DNA from: Camelus ferus
Lineage: Eukaryota
DNA: 64,000 bases
Direction: 5' to 3'
NCBI RefSeq assembly: GCF_009834535.1
Contig: NC_045696.1
Location: 83,330,001 to 83,394,000 of the forward strand
Position numbers and translations under genes: made by a program
Notes under the pieces: model-generated
What the model saw: only the letters and a program-made list of their open reading frames with translations
The model's database searches: none
Told to the model about the DNA's origin: nothing
Shown here: positions 38,271 to 52,605 of the stretch, in pieces
Layout of the letters: each line of letters begins with the position of its first letter
Numbering within the stretch: position 1 is the first letter of the stretch

Positions 38271-39149
38271 TTAAAATCATTTAAGCTTTAGCTTTGATTT
38301 TCTATGAACATTCTGATATGTCTTAGTTTTCTCTCTGTATAATATTTTTCTCTTCTTAGAATCCCCTGGAGATTTTTCTGCCTCCTTCTTTCAAAGTGTG
38401 ACTTTTGCCATGTGGTGGCAAGTATTCTGCAGTATCAGCTTCCAACAGAGTTGGTATCCTAAAAAGTGAGGCAAAGTCTCCATAATAATAGTTGTTACGA
38501 TCAAGGCATGAAAGAATTTACGATAACCTTTAACAACCTGTCTTATAGAAACCATAAACTACTCTAAAGTCTACCAAAAAAATTTAGACACTGGAAACTA
38601 TGTTCCAATACAAGTTTCTCAGTAAGGGTCCCTTATCATCACATTAACAAATCAAACAAGCTGTAATTTTGCCCACATACACTCCATATCTTTTAAATCT
38701 TTTGAAAGAAAATCTGATGCAGGTGCTAAAGATGTAAGCATGAAGTTGTCAGTTAAATTCCCTTTATTTATCTATTTACTTACCATTTATCGCTCAAAGT
38801 CTATCTTTAATGAAACTGAGAGAATAACATTTTTTTTACAGTTTTAAAAACTGTTTTGCTTTTTCTTCTGTTTTAAGAAAAATTAAATGATTGCACAGAC
38901 TCCAGCTGAAGTCAACTTAAAGTGACAAGAATATAGTTGTGACATTTCCTGTCACTAAAAAGAGTAGGGAGACCCAAGACTCTTTGGAGGTAACGATCAT
39001 TCTGACTCATGTTTATATGGAAGTATCAGAGATTTTCTTTCAAATGGAAAAGTACATCCAGTTAAAATTTTAAATGATCATGATAAAAACAAAAAGTAGT
39101 AGGGGGGCATTCTGGTTCTTTTTAGTCTTCGTTTGAATTTTACTCAGGT

Positions 39150-39430
39150 ATTTTTTATTCCAGTTTTACTGAGATATAACTGACACTCAGCACTGTGTAA
39201 GTTTAAGGTGAACAGCATGATTTGACTTACATACATCATGAAATGATTATCACATAAGTTTACTAAACATCCATCATCTCATGTAGATACAAAATTTTTA
39301 AAATGAAAACAATTTTCTTGTGACGAAAACTCATGGGTTTTACTCTCTTAACAACTTTCACGTATCAGCAGTGCTAATTGTATTTATCATGTTGAACGTT
39401 ACATACTTGGAAGTTTGTACCTTTTGATTT
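39150..39430 (-). mobile_element. L1MA/MB-type 3' end
   Basis: cagttttactgagatataactgaca...gtaagtttaaggtgaacagcatgatttgac...ggaagtttgtaccttttga. Confidence 0.8.
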
Positions 39431-40399
39431 ATCAATTGTGTTTTTAATAATTTGTACTCCATAGAGATTTTAGAATAGTATTTTTAGAAGGTTAATATGA
39501 GTTTTGTTACATTTGGGAGTGGGAGTGGGGGTAAGTATGTCTTTCTAAGAATTGATAGTGAGTGTATTCATATCGAAATAGAGCATTAGAGGAGGTGTAA
39601 TTGTACTGATTACTACTAAGAGTAAGAAACATGATAGGATGTTTTTAATACTTGAAACCAGCTACATTTGATACATAAACCAACAATATATTTGTTCTAT
39701 GACTGTAGAAAACAAGTAACAAATTTATTTTTGTCAATTAAAAAAAAATAAATAAAGGAGGGAGAGTGAGTGCCATCTTGTGGAGAGACCTACGCCTATC
39801 ACCTCCAAGTTACCTGTGCCCTAAGCTCTTCTTTCTTTTGCTTTTTCCATGCAAAGTCTATGATAGACTTCCTTTTGCCTTCACCCACCCTGCTCTTTTC
39901 TTAGCATTAAAGAAATACTTTTGTTTTCCAGTGGAAAGGATATTGTGGATTGGAATACGCTTGGCAAAATCAGTGCTGTCATCCAGATGATATTAAGGAA
40001 GCAGTCTAGCCCGGGATGCCAGCGCATTCAGAGAGATGTACAGGCATTTCACAGCTTTGCATAGAATTGCCAAAGGAGCAATATGCCTTCAAAAAAGAGC
40101 AAGTCCTAAATATGACCAAGTAACGCATGTATGTGACAATCCGGTTCTTTCTGGAATCTCATCTGCTCCATCATATTAGAGAAACTGAGGTAGCTTACTA
40201 CACTACTACAAATTTCACAATGATTGGTTCATCATACCAACCCTGCGTTGGCTGCATTTGTTTATTTTATATAGAATATATTTAATCCGACACTTTCCTT
40301 AGAAAGGAGTTTATTTTCAGTATATTTTAAAGGATAAACTGCTAAATAATACAGGAATAATGATAATCACCCTGTGAATTACACTGGTAACAATACTAG

Positions 40400-40600
40400 T
40401 GGTAATAATAATAGCAACTGTGATTTATTAAATTTGGCATGACAAATCCTTTAGATTTAATATAGAACTTTCTTAACAATCCTGCTAGGTAAACATCACA
40501 TTATTTTACAGTTAAGGAAGCTAAGTCTCAGAGAAGCTGAACAAACGGGTTAGGATCTCAGAGCTGATAGTAGAAGAGTTAGAACTTGAATCAAACTTCC
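40400..40600 (-). mobile_element. MIR SINE
   Basis: aacaatcctgctaggt...attttacagttaaggaagctaagtctcagagaagctgaac. Confidence 0.7.
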
Positions 40601-41667
40601 CTCAACATCACATTTACTCCCACGTCTGAAATTTTTGAAACTTCAGAAGTAACTGCAGTCACAAACAACCATGTTGAAAAATAGAAGCCTTCCAAAATAT
40701 GTCCTTAAATCCCATTTCAATTATTCTGGCTATGCACCATTTTCTCAACATCCCAGCCAGGACTAGAATTATGAAAATCACCGTATGCTCCACTGGAAAA
40801 CAGTTTCATTAGCATAGAATGCAATCCAGCTATTCTTTAGTGGGGGACAAAAATTACCCTCAATTGTGAAACTTTATTAACTAGAGGTCGCTTTTCAGTT
40901 GACTATCTCTATTCAACATTAGAGAAATGCTAATTAACTATAAAACATCAGGTGGTTCAATATTAACCTCTACCTCAAAGCAGAATTTTCCACGTTTCAA
41001 GTTCTGTATCTGACCATAGATTTTTTTTTTAAATGGATACATTTCCTCCTTAAATAAAAAAAAGTTAAGCTAAAAATTCAGCAACATAAATTGAAAATGT
41101 ACGCTAATTCTGACTGTTTCACCTCTGCGCAAGTGTATATGAAAACTTGGTTTGTTGATATTGTTGCTGTCATCGTGTCTTTTCTCGTTTGTTTTGGTCT
41201 CAATTATCTACCTTAGCAATTGTTAATAATAAATAACATATTTAGGTAATTAGCACAGAAAATTATTAAAATTACAAATATTCATAACAGCAGCATATTT
41301 TCTCATGTTTCTTTACATCAAAGCAAGATAGAGCGACCTCATCTGAAAAAAAAAAAATCTGTAGATTTCAGGGAAATGTTTACCTAAAAACAAGCATGTA
41401 ATATTCTGTCCTTTTGGGCTTTTGCTATTTGTCTCAAGGTATGAATACCAATGAAGGAAAGTTATACAATGTATTTTTTATTCATATTGCTTTTATTTTA
41501 TTGTTTAATTTCTGACCATTTGAGTAATTAATTCAGGGATTCCTTGGGCTGCATTTTCACCATCTGATTGATAGCAATCTTTAAAATTTTAGAGCAATGG
41601 TTTCCAACTTGTGAATTTCAGACCACTGTAGTTAAGCAGAATGATTGCAGGCTGTAGGGGTTCTCTC

Positions 41668-41905
41668 TTTTTTTTTAATTTTATCTTTTAATTGAAGTAT
41701 AGATGATTTATAATGTTTCAGGTGTACAGCAAAGTGATTCAGTTGTACATATGTACATATATACTTTTTCAGATTCTTTTTCATTATAGGCTATTACAAG
41801 ATATTGAATGTAGTTCCCTGCATCATACAATAGATCCTTGTTGTTTATCTATTTTATATATAGTCGTGCGCATCTGTTAATCCCGAATTCCAAATTTATC
41901 CCTCT
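41668..41905 (-). mobile_element. L1 3' end (cetartiodactyl type)
   Basis: Poly-T then ttaattgaagtatagatgattta...cattataggctattacaagatattgaatgtagttccctg. Same family as 47176-48015. Confidence 0.88.
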
Positions 41906-43384
41906 AAGTGTCTGGGGATTCTCATGTGTAAATATTTTTTATAGACTGGTTACATGATAGGTCATATACTCTTATACATATACATAGAAATACACTGTTT
42001 ATCAAATATGTTGCTTTTGATTAATACAATGGAAACTTGCTTTATAGTTTATTGGCCTCATCATTGCCATTATTCTGTATATCCTTAGTTACACAAGATG
42101 AAACATGCAGCTATCATAGATGGGGTCAGGTTGGGAAACGTCATCCAGAGGTAACAGAGTCTCTTTTTCCTTGGTGGTCATCATCTCAGTGTCACTCAGA
42201 GCAAAGAAAGGCATGCAGCTGCCCAGGCATGGCTTGGTAAAGAGCACAGAGAATGAAAAGGAATGTTATGTATCAGCAACTAGCAGTGGCCCCTGCCTTC
42301 TTCACTACTTTTCTATTTCTTCTTCTAAGATGATCTGAAGGTCCGCCCAGATCAAATGTCACAATCTAGCTAATGGAACATGGTAGTCATCACGGAGAAA
42401 ATGCCCAAGTACTGAGTAGTCCAATATTGTTTCTGTTGCTTTCACACAATGCCCAGAACTAACCTTTGGCAACTTTTCCTAAGGAAGAAAAGAAAAATTT
42501 CTCCATTACCCTCAGCCTCCTTCTCTTCACCCGCTATTTTGAAATCATGGACTTTTGGTTGTTTTGCCCATTATTCAGGGAATGATCGGTGAGAAAGGGC
42601 AGAGGGGGACAGAGCAGCCTCTGCCCTTTGGTTCAGGGCAGGAAGGCAGAGCTGTGCAGCCCAGAAGTGCAGAGACCACTGGCCTTCCTGCTACCACGTG
42701 CAAGTTCAAAAGGAATAATTTCAACATAAAAATTCAGCTGGTTGCTCTGTAGTGAAATAAATTATTTCAGCTGCTACATTTTTGAAGTTACTCTATCAGA
42801 ATTTTAAATCCTTTTCCATACATCCCCTAAGGGCGTGTGAGCTGAACCAAGCCTCTTTTCTGTTTTATGATTTCTAGGCTGACGGGAGTTCACAGCAAAA
42901 ATAACTTCCGAACATCAAGCAGGCCCTGCCCGTCTGCTCTTTTATTCGACATGCTTCCTTTTCATTGTGATAATATACTCTTTTTTACATTTAAAACATG
43001 ACATTCAATACAATTCACTCATTAAGAACTTCATAGGAAATGCAAACCTTATCAAATGCAGGAAAATTAATAGAAATCATGAAGGCAAAAAATGAAAGAG
43101 CATAATATAGATTCAGTGGAATTATCTTTTATTGTACTTAAAGGGAATACAATACAATTCCACGATGCATCTGAGTGCTTTTGTTACTCATATTTTAATC
43201 AAAAGTTCCTTTAACCAATGTGAAAGGAGGAGGGGCATATTACCAAGGAAAATGATCTGGCATGAAAATGGAAAATACCAAAAAAAAGTTGATAAATCTC
43301 CGTAAGATTTTTCTAGGTGTTTCAAACAATTCCTTGGTTTGATTCTGGAAGGAATTCAAAAGTGAAGTGGTTACTTCTTGAAAT

Positions 43385-43612
43385 GAAGTGTTTATCAAAC
43401 TGCAGGTTGCAACATATTAGTGGGTTGTGAAACCAATTTAGTGACATTAATTAATGAAACAGAAAAGAACAAACCAGAAAATACAGGACATTGCACATGG
43501 CAAAGATAAAGGTTTTGTTGTTGTTGTTAAGAATGTATATGTGCTAGGTAGCAATATAAAATGTATTACTGTCTGTGCACCACACCAGCCTGAAATGTTT
43601 GAAAATTACACT
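43385..43612. mobile_element. MER112-like hAT-Charlie element
   Basis: tcaaactgcaggttgcaacatattagtgggttgtgaaaccaattta...aatataaaatgtatt...tgtttgaaaattacact. Confidence 0.6.
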
Positions 43613-44169
43613 AGCATATTTTACATCACCCTAGTCGTGTACAGCAAGGCAGGTTCTAGTGACAAAACAATACCTACAATTTCTCGCTCTATGCTCAGAG
43701 GATCATGGTTTGCAAACTGCTCTCGAATTCTTCTACAGAAATATAATTACAAACCCTGCATAGTGTATCTTACTTAATCTAAAGACAATGTACAAAACCC
43801 AGCGGGATATTTCTGGAAACAGGTTAGTCAAGAATCATGACTCTTCCCTTTTATTTTAGCTAATGTATCTTTGGTTATTAAAAATATAAATCAGTGTTGC
43901 CAACAGATTTATTAAGATCACATTCAATAAGAAAAGGACAAAATAGTGTATTTTAAGAGTCGTAAGCACATTTCCAATAGCTGTACATTCTGAATACTAG
44001 TCAGGTGTTTCCATTACATCCAAGAGTCTCAAATAATCTATAGGAGGAGCCACTTAACAATCAACAGAACACCAATATTTTTCATCATATATGGATTTTT
44101 AAGCATTCTAATTCTGCCAAAATTTTGATTTAATAACACTGATGATAATATCACATAATATGATACACG

Positions 44170-44350
44170 ATAAAATTAATAATGGCTGCATTTGTTAGGG
44201 AACCCATTATATGACTAGGCACTATATATATATCTCATCTAATTTTCAGAATAATCCTATGAGGTAGATTTTATGGCTTCTACTTTATGGAAAAAAAAAA
44301 CTCATAAAGATTTAATAATTAGTGGAGTGTCTCAGGATTTAAACTCAAAA
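44170..44350 (-). mobile_element. MIR SINE
   Basis: taggcacta...tctcatctaattttcagaataatcctatgaggtag...caggatttaaactca. Confidence 0.7.
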
Positions 44351-45534
44351 GCCAATGTGTCTTCTCATTGTCTCTCAGTATAATGAGAAATAATGGAGAA
44401 GCTGTTCCTCTTTTCTTTTTATTAATATTCCAGATTTCTTAGTGCTTTAGATGGAAGGATGGAAGGAAAGGTGGGAGGAAGAAGGCATGAAGAAAATGAA
44501 TGAACAGATTCAAGATTAATTTTACAGAACTAAAGTGAAGTGTCAGAACCTGAGATTATGTACATTTTGTAATAACTCATGAAAGCAATGAAGATGTAAT
44601 TTTTAATCACTGTAGCTCTATTTCAAATGTGAATCTCAGTAAATGCAGAGTAACTACACACATGTATGAGAAAATAAAATGTTCATTCTTGGTTCTCTCT
44701 CCAAAGAGAAAATAGGAAAAGGAAAAAAAGATGGGAGAGGGTGGTTAAAGAGGAAGGGAAGAGGTTGGTCTAACAGCTGTCTCAACTGTGTTGAGAGGGT
44801 GACTGGGGACCCCACCTGCTAGTCCTTTGCCTGACCCCTGATGCTCACATGGCCTGACCACCACCAGCAAAGCTCTTCCTCTGATTTAAAGCTTAAACCC
44901 TTTATGTGACCTAAAAGGTGAAAGGTAGCTTAGTACAGAGGAGACTGAGGAAGCTGAGAAGTGAGAGAGGCCTAGATTCACGATCTGGCTTTGCTCTTTC
45001 CTGGTCACGTGACTTTAGGAGAGTTAATTGCGTCTAAATTAAAACCAGTAATAATCTATGAGGAAGTGCCTGTATCACTGTTTGGCACATAATGAGCGCT
45101 CACAAACTTGTGGCTCTTACTAATTAAAAAGATTTAACAGCTCATTCCCATCCAACAGTATGTAGTAACTCCTAGTACCTAATCTAAAGATTAACTAGTT
45201 ACAACATACTAAACAGTATTTTCTATATTTTTCTTAACCCTACCTTACTGTCATTACATTATTTTTGTCAATCCACATACCTTCCATATCATGGTGTTCT
45301 TAGTATTTTTCTTTAAATCAATATTATTTTTACCAAAATAATTATGTTTTACCATAAATGGGAAGTCAGGCATAAAAATGAAAGGTTTTTTTCAAAATAA
45401 ATATGTAACTATCAACTTTTTTAAAAAAAAAAAAGTGTTCATTCACATTACAGCCTTAAATCATGAAGAGCCACACCTGGAGAAATTATATTTCAGCAGA
45501 TAGAGAGAGAAAAGCCTTGGAGGCACTGGAAAAA

Positions 45535-46745
45535 CAGTTTGTGTCAACAAATTGTGATGGAACAATTGGACATAGAAGTGCAAAAGAATGAACTTGGACT
45601 CCAACCTCATGCCTTATGCAAAAATTCATTCAAAATGGACTCAAGACCTAAATCTAAGAGCTAAAACTATAAAACTCTTATTGGAAAACATAGACATAAA
45701 TCTTCATGACCTTAGACGAAGTCATGATTCTTTAGACCTGACACCATAAAGCACAAGCCACCAAAGAAAAAAACAAATAAACTGGACCTCATCACAAGTA
45801 AAAACGACGACAGTCTAGTATGTAGAATATGTAAACAACACTTAACCACTCAACAGGACAAATAACCCAATTTAAAAATGGACAAAGGATTTGAATAGAC
45901 ATTTCTCCAAATAAGAAATACAAATGGCTAACAAGCACATGAAAAGACGCTCAACATTATTAAGGAAATGTAAATGAACACTACAGTGAGGTATCGCTTC
46001 ATGCCCATTTATGATGGCTATAATTTTATTTTAAAAGTGGAGAAAACTTTTGTTGTGAATGTGCAGATTTGGGCAGCTTCATACATTGCTGATGGGAATG
46101 AAAAATGATGCAGCTACTGTGGAAAATCAATTCCTTAAAAAGTTAAACACAGTTATCACATGACCCAGCAATTCCACAACGAGGCATCTTTCCAAGAGAA
46201 ATAACAACATACGTTCTCAAGAAATCTTGTACATATATTTTCATAGCAGCACTATTCACAATAGCCAGAAAGTGGAAAAACCCAAATGACCATCAACTGA
46301 TGAATGAATAAAGTGTCCATTACTAATAAATGAATAAACAAAATGCAGTGTACTCATACAACAAAATTATGCAGCCATAAAAAGGAATGAAGTACTGATA
46401 AAAGCTAAAATGTGGATAAACCTTGAAAACATTATCCTAACTGAAAGAAGCCAGTGGGAGAAAAGAAGGCAATATACTGTATATTCCATTTATATGAAAT
46501 GTCCAGACTAAGCAAATCTATAGCGACAAAGTAGATGAATGTTTGCCAGGAGCTGGAGGGAGGTGAGAAAGGAGACTGACTATGAAGGGGTAGATGTTTC
46601 TTTTGGGAGAGAATAAAAATATTCTGGAGTTAGATGGTGAGTGTGATTGCAAACTCTGTGAATATACTACAAAAATCACTGAATTGTGTACTTCAAAATG
46701 GTGAATTTTATGGTATATAAATTGTATCTAAGTAAAAAAAAGAAA
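45535..46745 (+). mobile_element. L1MB-type element, 3' 1.2 kb
   Basis: Decayed ORF2 end (ttgaatagacatttctccaaa; atgacccagcaattccac) and 3'UTR ending tggtgaattttatggtatataaattgtatctaagtaaaaaa. Confidence 0.88.
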
Positions 46746-47175
46746 AGCTTAGTTTGGAAGGGTAGGTAGGGACCAGAAGAGAATCTTGGAAAAGAAAGTA
46801 GTTTGAACATGAATCTATGGTTTCACTCAGTCATTCAACAATCATCTATGAGCACCTACCATGTGATACTCATTATGATAGTCATGAAGACACTGAGAGG
46901 AGCTAAACTACCAATTATCATGTAACTTTAGTGCCGTTAGAAAGACTGAAATTTTAAAAACTTATGATGTTCACTGAATGACAAAAGTAATTTAAAGAAT
47001 ATGATAAGGTTCCAAAAATGAACAATATCTCAACACTAGTTCTGCTTGGGGCTAGTGAGGCCAATAGGTAAAAACAGTGTTTTAAAAAAAATTAAATTAT
47101 GCAATTATGTCTTAAATTTTTCTTAAAAATTTATTATCATATTTTATATCATTTGTACAATTAAAATAAAAAACT

Positions 47176-48015
47176 AATACAATGAGGTATCACCTCACAC
47201 AGTCAGAATGGCCATCATTCAAAAGTCCACAAAGGATAAATACTGGAGAGGGTGTGGAGAAAAGGGAACCCTCCTACACTGTTGGTGGGAATGTAGTTTG
47301 GTACAGCCATTATGGAAAACAGGATGGAGACTCCTCAAAAGACTAAAAATAGACTTACCATATGATCCAGCAATCCCATTCCTGGGCATATATCTGGAGG
47401 AAACTCTAATTCGAAAAGATACATGCACCCCAGTGTTCACAGAAGCACTGTTTACAATAGCCAGGACACAGAAACAACCTAAATGTCCATCAACAGATGA
47501 CTGAATAAAGAAGTTGTAGTATATTTATACAATGGCATACTACTCAGCCATTAAAAAGAATAAAATAATGCTATTTGCAGCAACATGGATGGACCTGGAG
47601 ATAGTCATTCTAAATGAAGTAGGCCAAAAAGAGAAGAAAAATACCATATGATATCACTTATATGTGGAATCTAAAAAAAAAAAAAAAAAGGCAAATGAAC
47701 ACATTTACAAAATGAAAACAGACTCATATACATAGAAAACAAACTTATAGCTACCAGGAAGGAAGGGGGTAGGAAGGGATAAATTGGGATTTGGAGATTT
47801 GAAGATACTACTATATATAAAATAGATGAACAACAAGTTTTTACTGTATAGCAAGGGAACTATATTCAATATCTTGTAGTAACCTATAGTGAAAAAGAAT
47901 ATGGAAACAAATATATGTATGTATATGTATGACTGAAACATTACGCTGTACACCAGAAATTGACACTTTATAAACTGGCTATACTTCACTTAAATAAATA
48001 AATAAATAAATAAAA
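47176..48015 (+). mobile_element. 5'-truncated L1 (ORF2 C-terminus + 3'UTR + (TAAA)n tail)
   Basis: tacaatgaggtatcacctcacac through gaaattgacactttataaactggctatacttc and tail. Possible TSD ...tacaatg at both ends. Confidence 0.93.
47208..47504 (+). pseudogene. L1 ORF2p C-terminal fragment with degenerate CCHC zinc knuckle
   Basis: [27 protein letters not shown]...[13 protein letters not shown] is the conserved ORF2p C-terminus. First Cys appears as Tyr; premature stop. Confidence 0.93.
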
Positions 48016-49449
48016 CAAACCTGTACAATGTCCCTTCCTGACATCGAATTCACCTCGCTGTGACTTGACTTGTTCCTTTGTTCATGTTGAAAGCCAATGC
48101 TCAGAGAGGGAGAGATCAAGCTCTGAGGGCCCTTGACCTTTCTGCTCCATCTATACATTTCATAGAATGGCGACTGGCTCTCAGGGCACTGAACAGGCAA
48201 CCTGAAGAAGGCCAGGGGAGTGAAGTATCAGATGTGCGCCTATGCTGACACGTGAGTCTTTTTTCTCGTTTGTCGGTGATGAATATTTGTTCCCAACTTC
48301 CTCACACTGACATTTTTCCTTTCCTTCTTAAAGGAGATTTCTTAGACAGAGGAGAAATGGACCATTTTATTTACTGTTGCACAGCAACGAGAACACTAGA
48401 TTATACTATCAGCATTTAGTGATGCACAATCAATGCTAAAGAATCTATTACAGCTGCTCAGCAATTGCTCCTGATGATGAAGCTGAACGCTATTATTGTC
48501 TTACAGATAAAAGTGTGTTTTCCCTCAATCTGCAAATTCTCTGCATAAATACATCTATGAAATAGTTCATAAAAGGATTATGAAGCAAAAAATGCTTTAA
48601 TGTAGACTTTTTTTCACAAGATGGTTCTTGTTCCCAAAGCCATGTTCAAAGATACTCTAAATTATCATCACCATTGTCACCTTTCTGAGGGAGCATCTAT
48701 CTACCTGTAGAAACTTATTCATTGTTAACTAAAAATGAAGAAGCCCACTGAAGATGGCTTATGAGGAACAGCCAAACGACTGCACTATGCTAACTGTAAA
48801 ACTAACAAGAGCAGAAAAGCAAAAGCGTAAGGTGAAACCTAGCTTAAACTGCCAGTGTAGTTAACACAACATTCTTGTGGTCTCTAGACCAGTAAAAAGC
48901 AAAAACAAAATTTAAAAGTCCACATTAGAAGTAAGCTACTGCCAGAGGTGTATGAATGTTTGATTAATACACCTAATTTTGTTTTATTCCTCTTCTAAGA
49001 TGTGTGAATTTACCTACGTTCATCAATTGGGATGGATATCATTGCACTTTTTGTACTTGCAGTGTGGCAAAGTAAGAAGAAAATCGATCTCTCAGTTTTT
49101 CTTTCTGGCAATGGTATTTACTGTTAAATCATAGGAGAAGAAAGAATATTAAAATAAGGACTGTAGAAGCAGCAGAAAGTGCAAGTCACTATTAGTTGCA
49201 GGATCTGAAATCCACGGTCGACTCTACTACTGACTTTGCTGTGAGAGCTTAGGACCCCACCAAGCTGCCCTTTCCTCATATATAGAATAAAGCATAATCA
49301 TGCCCTCACAAATTTACTATTTAATGAGACAAATGATTATGTGAAAACAAACAAAAAGAACAAACACGTGCTAACTGGTCATAATAAGTATGCAATATAA
49401 ATAAGGAAAAAATCCATCTGCATGTTTTAGCCTTTTAATTGTTTGTGGA

Positions 49450-49575
49450 ATTTATGTTAAGTGAGGGCAGAGATTTCTGCCTGATTTGGTCATAACTATA
49501 CCTTTAGCACCTAGAACAGTTTCTGGCACAGAGTAGGAACTCAGTAACACTTTACTGATCTAACGAATGAATGAA
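49450..49575 (+). mobile_element. L2a 3' end
   Basis: tgagggcagagatttctg...agcacctagaacagtttctggcacagagtaggaactcagtaa...gaatgaatgaat. Confidence 0.85.
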
Positions 49576-50200
49576 TATGTAATATGTATATTACTTTCCC
49601 TAAAATATACATATCTGATACAAAGTACCATATATTTTTATTTCTGCTCCATATACATCACAAAATATTTTGTTCTCTCAGTTGATTCAATTACCTGAAA
49701 GCAATAAAAGAGCACATTTTCAGTATAGAAAGGAAAAATTCGGTAACACGCATAAATCAGTACTTACTGAACACATTACACTGTTATACTAACAAGAAAG
49801 GAGAGTTTGAGATATTTCTAATGATTTCTCTTGATTTACGTATTAGAGTTGACAGTGAACCTCAAATCAGCAGGCAGGGAGTGACAAAACTTAGTAATAT
49901 CTGGAATCTCTAAATCTATACTTCATCCCTCAAAAAATGTGCACAGCTTTTTTTGACAGCTTATTAGAGTCACACAGGAGAAGTATAACCAGGGTCATGA
50001 AACTTTTAAAAAATGATATCCTAGGAAAGGGGACTTCTATTAAAGTAAATTATAATAGCAGACATCTTTCTTGATAAAAGGAAGCATCTTTATTTAAAAA
50101 TAAGATTTGAAAATATATTAGACATCCCCATGTGCCAATCATGTTTCAAAAGAGTTTTTCACATTATTAAATCTAAAAAATTACATCAGATAGGCATTCT

Positions 50201-50803
50201 GTTTCCCTTTTTTCATTTTTATACTTTTTTCCTAAGTTTTGCTTTTTTTTTTACTGAAGTATAGTTGATTTACAATGTTGCAGTAGTTTCTGATGTACAG
50301 CATAGTGATTCAGTTCTACATACATACATGCTTTTTCAGATTCTTTTTATTATAGGTTATTACAAGATATTGAATATAGTGCCCTGTGTTATACAGTAGG
50401 ACCTTGTTCATCTGTTTTATATATAGCAGTTTATATCTGCTAATCTCCAACTTCTAGTTTATCCCTCTCCCCCTTTCCCCTTTGGTAACCATAAGTTCAT
50501 CTTCGGTGTCCATTTCTGTTTTGTAAATAAGTTCATTTCTGCCATTTTTTTAGATTCCACATATAAGTGATATCATATGATATTTGTTTTTCTCTGTCTG
50601 ACTTACATCACTTAGTACAATAATCTCTAGTGGATTCTGTGGAGGCAACCTAAATGTCCACCCACTGACAGATGATTGGGTAAAGAAGATGTGAGTTGCA
50701 TACACAGACACACACACACACGCACACAATGCAATACTACTCAGCCATAAAAAAGAAAGAAATAATACCATTTGCAGTGATATTGATGGACCTAGAGATT
50801 ATC
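50201..50803 (-). mobile_element. L1 3' end with 5' inversion, inserted in a MIR
   Basis: 50201-50630 is an antisense L1 3' end. 50640-50803 is the immediately upstream L1 segment in sense orientation. MIR halves flank it. Confidence 0.85.
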
Positions 50804-52159
50804 TATTCTCACTTTATATAGGCGATGACAGAACAACTAACTTGCCCAAGACCCAGTGACTACAAAGAATTAGAGCCTCATGTAAAGCCAGGATTCTGAG
50901 TCCCACCCGTGCTCCTCCTTCTGCATCTCTTCTGTCTATTTATTCTCGGAGCAAGAGAACCAGAGCAAGTGACCAAGTAATACCCACCGTGGAAATTCTC
51001 CTATGGCCAGGCAAGTTAGGACACGTGGATGGACAACAGTGGATTTTATTGGCCAGTGGGGATCCTGGCTGATTTTGGAGCCGTTAGCCAGCTAGATGGG
51101 GAAAAGATGGTGCATCAACTTGCTTTGGGACATGAACTGGTGGTCAGTAGTTGCAGCTGACTTAGAGTGCAGTATGGTAGTATGCTTCTCAAATTGCCCC
51201 TGGCCTGATGTGGACTCATCCAGCTCCTAGAATATGGAATTGTCCAGTTATCAGGAAAAAAGGAGTTACCAAAACAGAAGCAAGTAGTTTTAAAGCTAAG
51301 TGCTGTAAGAAATTGAGAGCAGCTTTTGACTAGCTGAATAACAGAGCTCAAGAGCTTCAGCCAGGAACTGGGAGGAAACTCCTGTGTATACATAGATAAA
51401 TATATATCCATGTACACATAAGATATATACAAACACATTTTATTAGCCTACAGCTGATGGCAGAGAGAAAAGAGGAGGGGCATGGAAGGCATTAATGCAG
51501 AAAATAAAAAAGGAATCTACAGACCGGAGCAGTGATATCTAACCAGGAAGCAAGAAACTCTGTGAGCAACAAAAGAGAATGAGGAGAAAAGGTGTGAGAA
51601 AAGCTTGTGGTGCCTGATGGTGTATTTAACCTTCATTGCTGGGGTTAGGAGAGTAAGAAGAAGAACCTCCATATAACTACTTTTAGATCCAGAAATAGTT
51701 AACAGTCACCTCTGCTCCATGGGCCTGTGAGTTCTTGTGCTTCCAAGAACTTATCTGGCAGGCAGGCAGTCCTTACACATTCCCCTACTGGTAGTCAGTT
51801 AGCTCCTGGGTTCATTCTGCGAGGTCTTGAACTTTCTTTGGCCCCCACAAAGATGCTATCATCTAAGAAGGTAGAAATATAGAGCAATAAAAAATAAAAA
51901 AAAAAGCTAGAAAACTGGCAAGGCTGGAGTTTAGATCCTGATTCCTGCACTTAGATCTCACTTTTGCTGGATGACCCAAGGCACATCCTTGAGCCTCAGA
52001 ATCCTTCATGTTAGAATGGTGATGCTACTTCTAAGTCTGGGGGTCTTGAACGCTAAGAAGATAAATGCCTGTCAAGTGTTTGATACTGTATCTTCCCACG
52101 CGAGGTAGATGTTCTATATGTGACAGCAACAAAATCATCTTCACCGCCATTATTATGAA

Positions 52160-52336
52160 CGATCCTAGACTTCAGACTTGGCTGCATTTCAGAACTACAT
52201 GGAGGAAAGAGGCTAAGTAACACCAATGACTTAGCACCAACCCAGACTAACTGGGTGGAAACCTGGAGCCCAGGCATGTTTTATTTTTAAGGCCCCCATG
52301 TGACTCTAACATTCAGTTTCTGGTTGTGAACTAGTG
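52160..52336. mobile_element. MER5-family hAT-Charlie MITE
   Basis: agacttggctgcatttcagaactacatggagg...ggcccccatgtgactctaacattcag...ggttgtgaactagtg. Confidence 0.65.
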
Positions 52337-52435
52337 AGCCATCACGATGCAGTTCCTTGTCTTGTTCCTGCAGTGGCTCTTACTCCCTCTGGAAGGACCT
52401 GCCTTTGAAGCTGAGAGCAGCACCATCTCTGTACT

Positions 52436-52605
52436 CAGAGACAGATTGAGTATGAAGTTTCTAAAACTTAAGCTTTAAGCCTCCTCACTTCCGTAAGCCC
52501 CTTCCAACTTGGGTCTGATTCTGTATTCATAATTTTGTATTATTTTTGTTAAATACGGTTTCCTGCATTGGATTAGTTTCGAGCTCCAAATCCCTGAAAC
52601 TTTGT
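52436..52605. mobile_element. hAT-Tip100 deletion derivative (Arthur1/MER69-like)
   Basis: aacttaagctttaagcctcctcacttccgtaagccccttccaa joined to tgtattcataattttgtatt. Confidence 0.6.
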
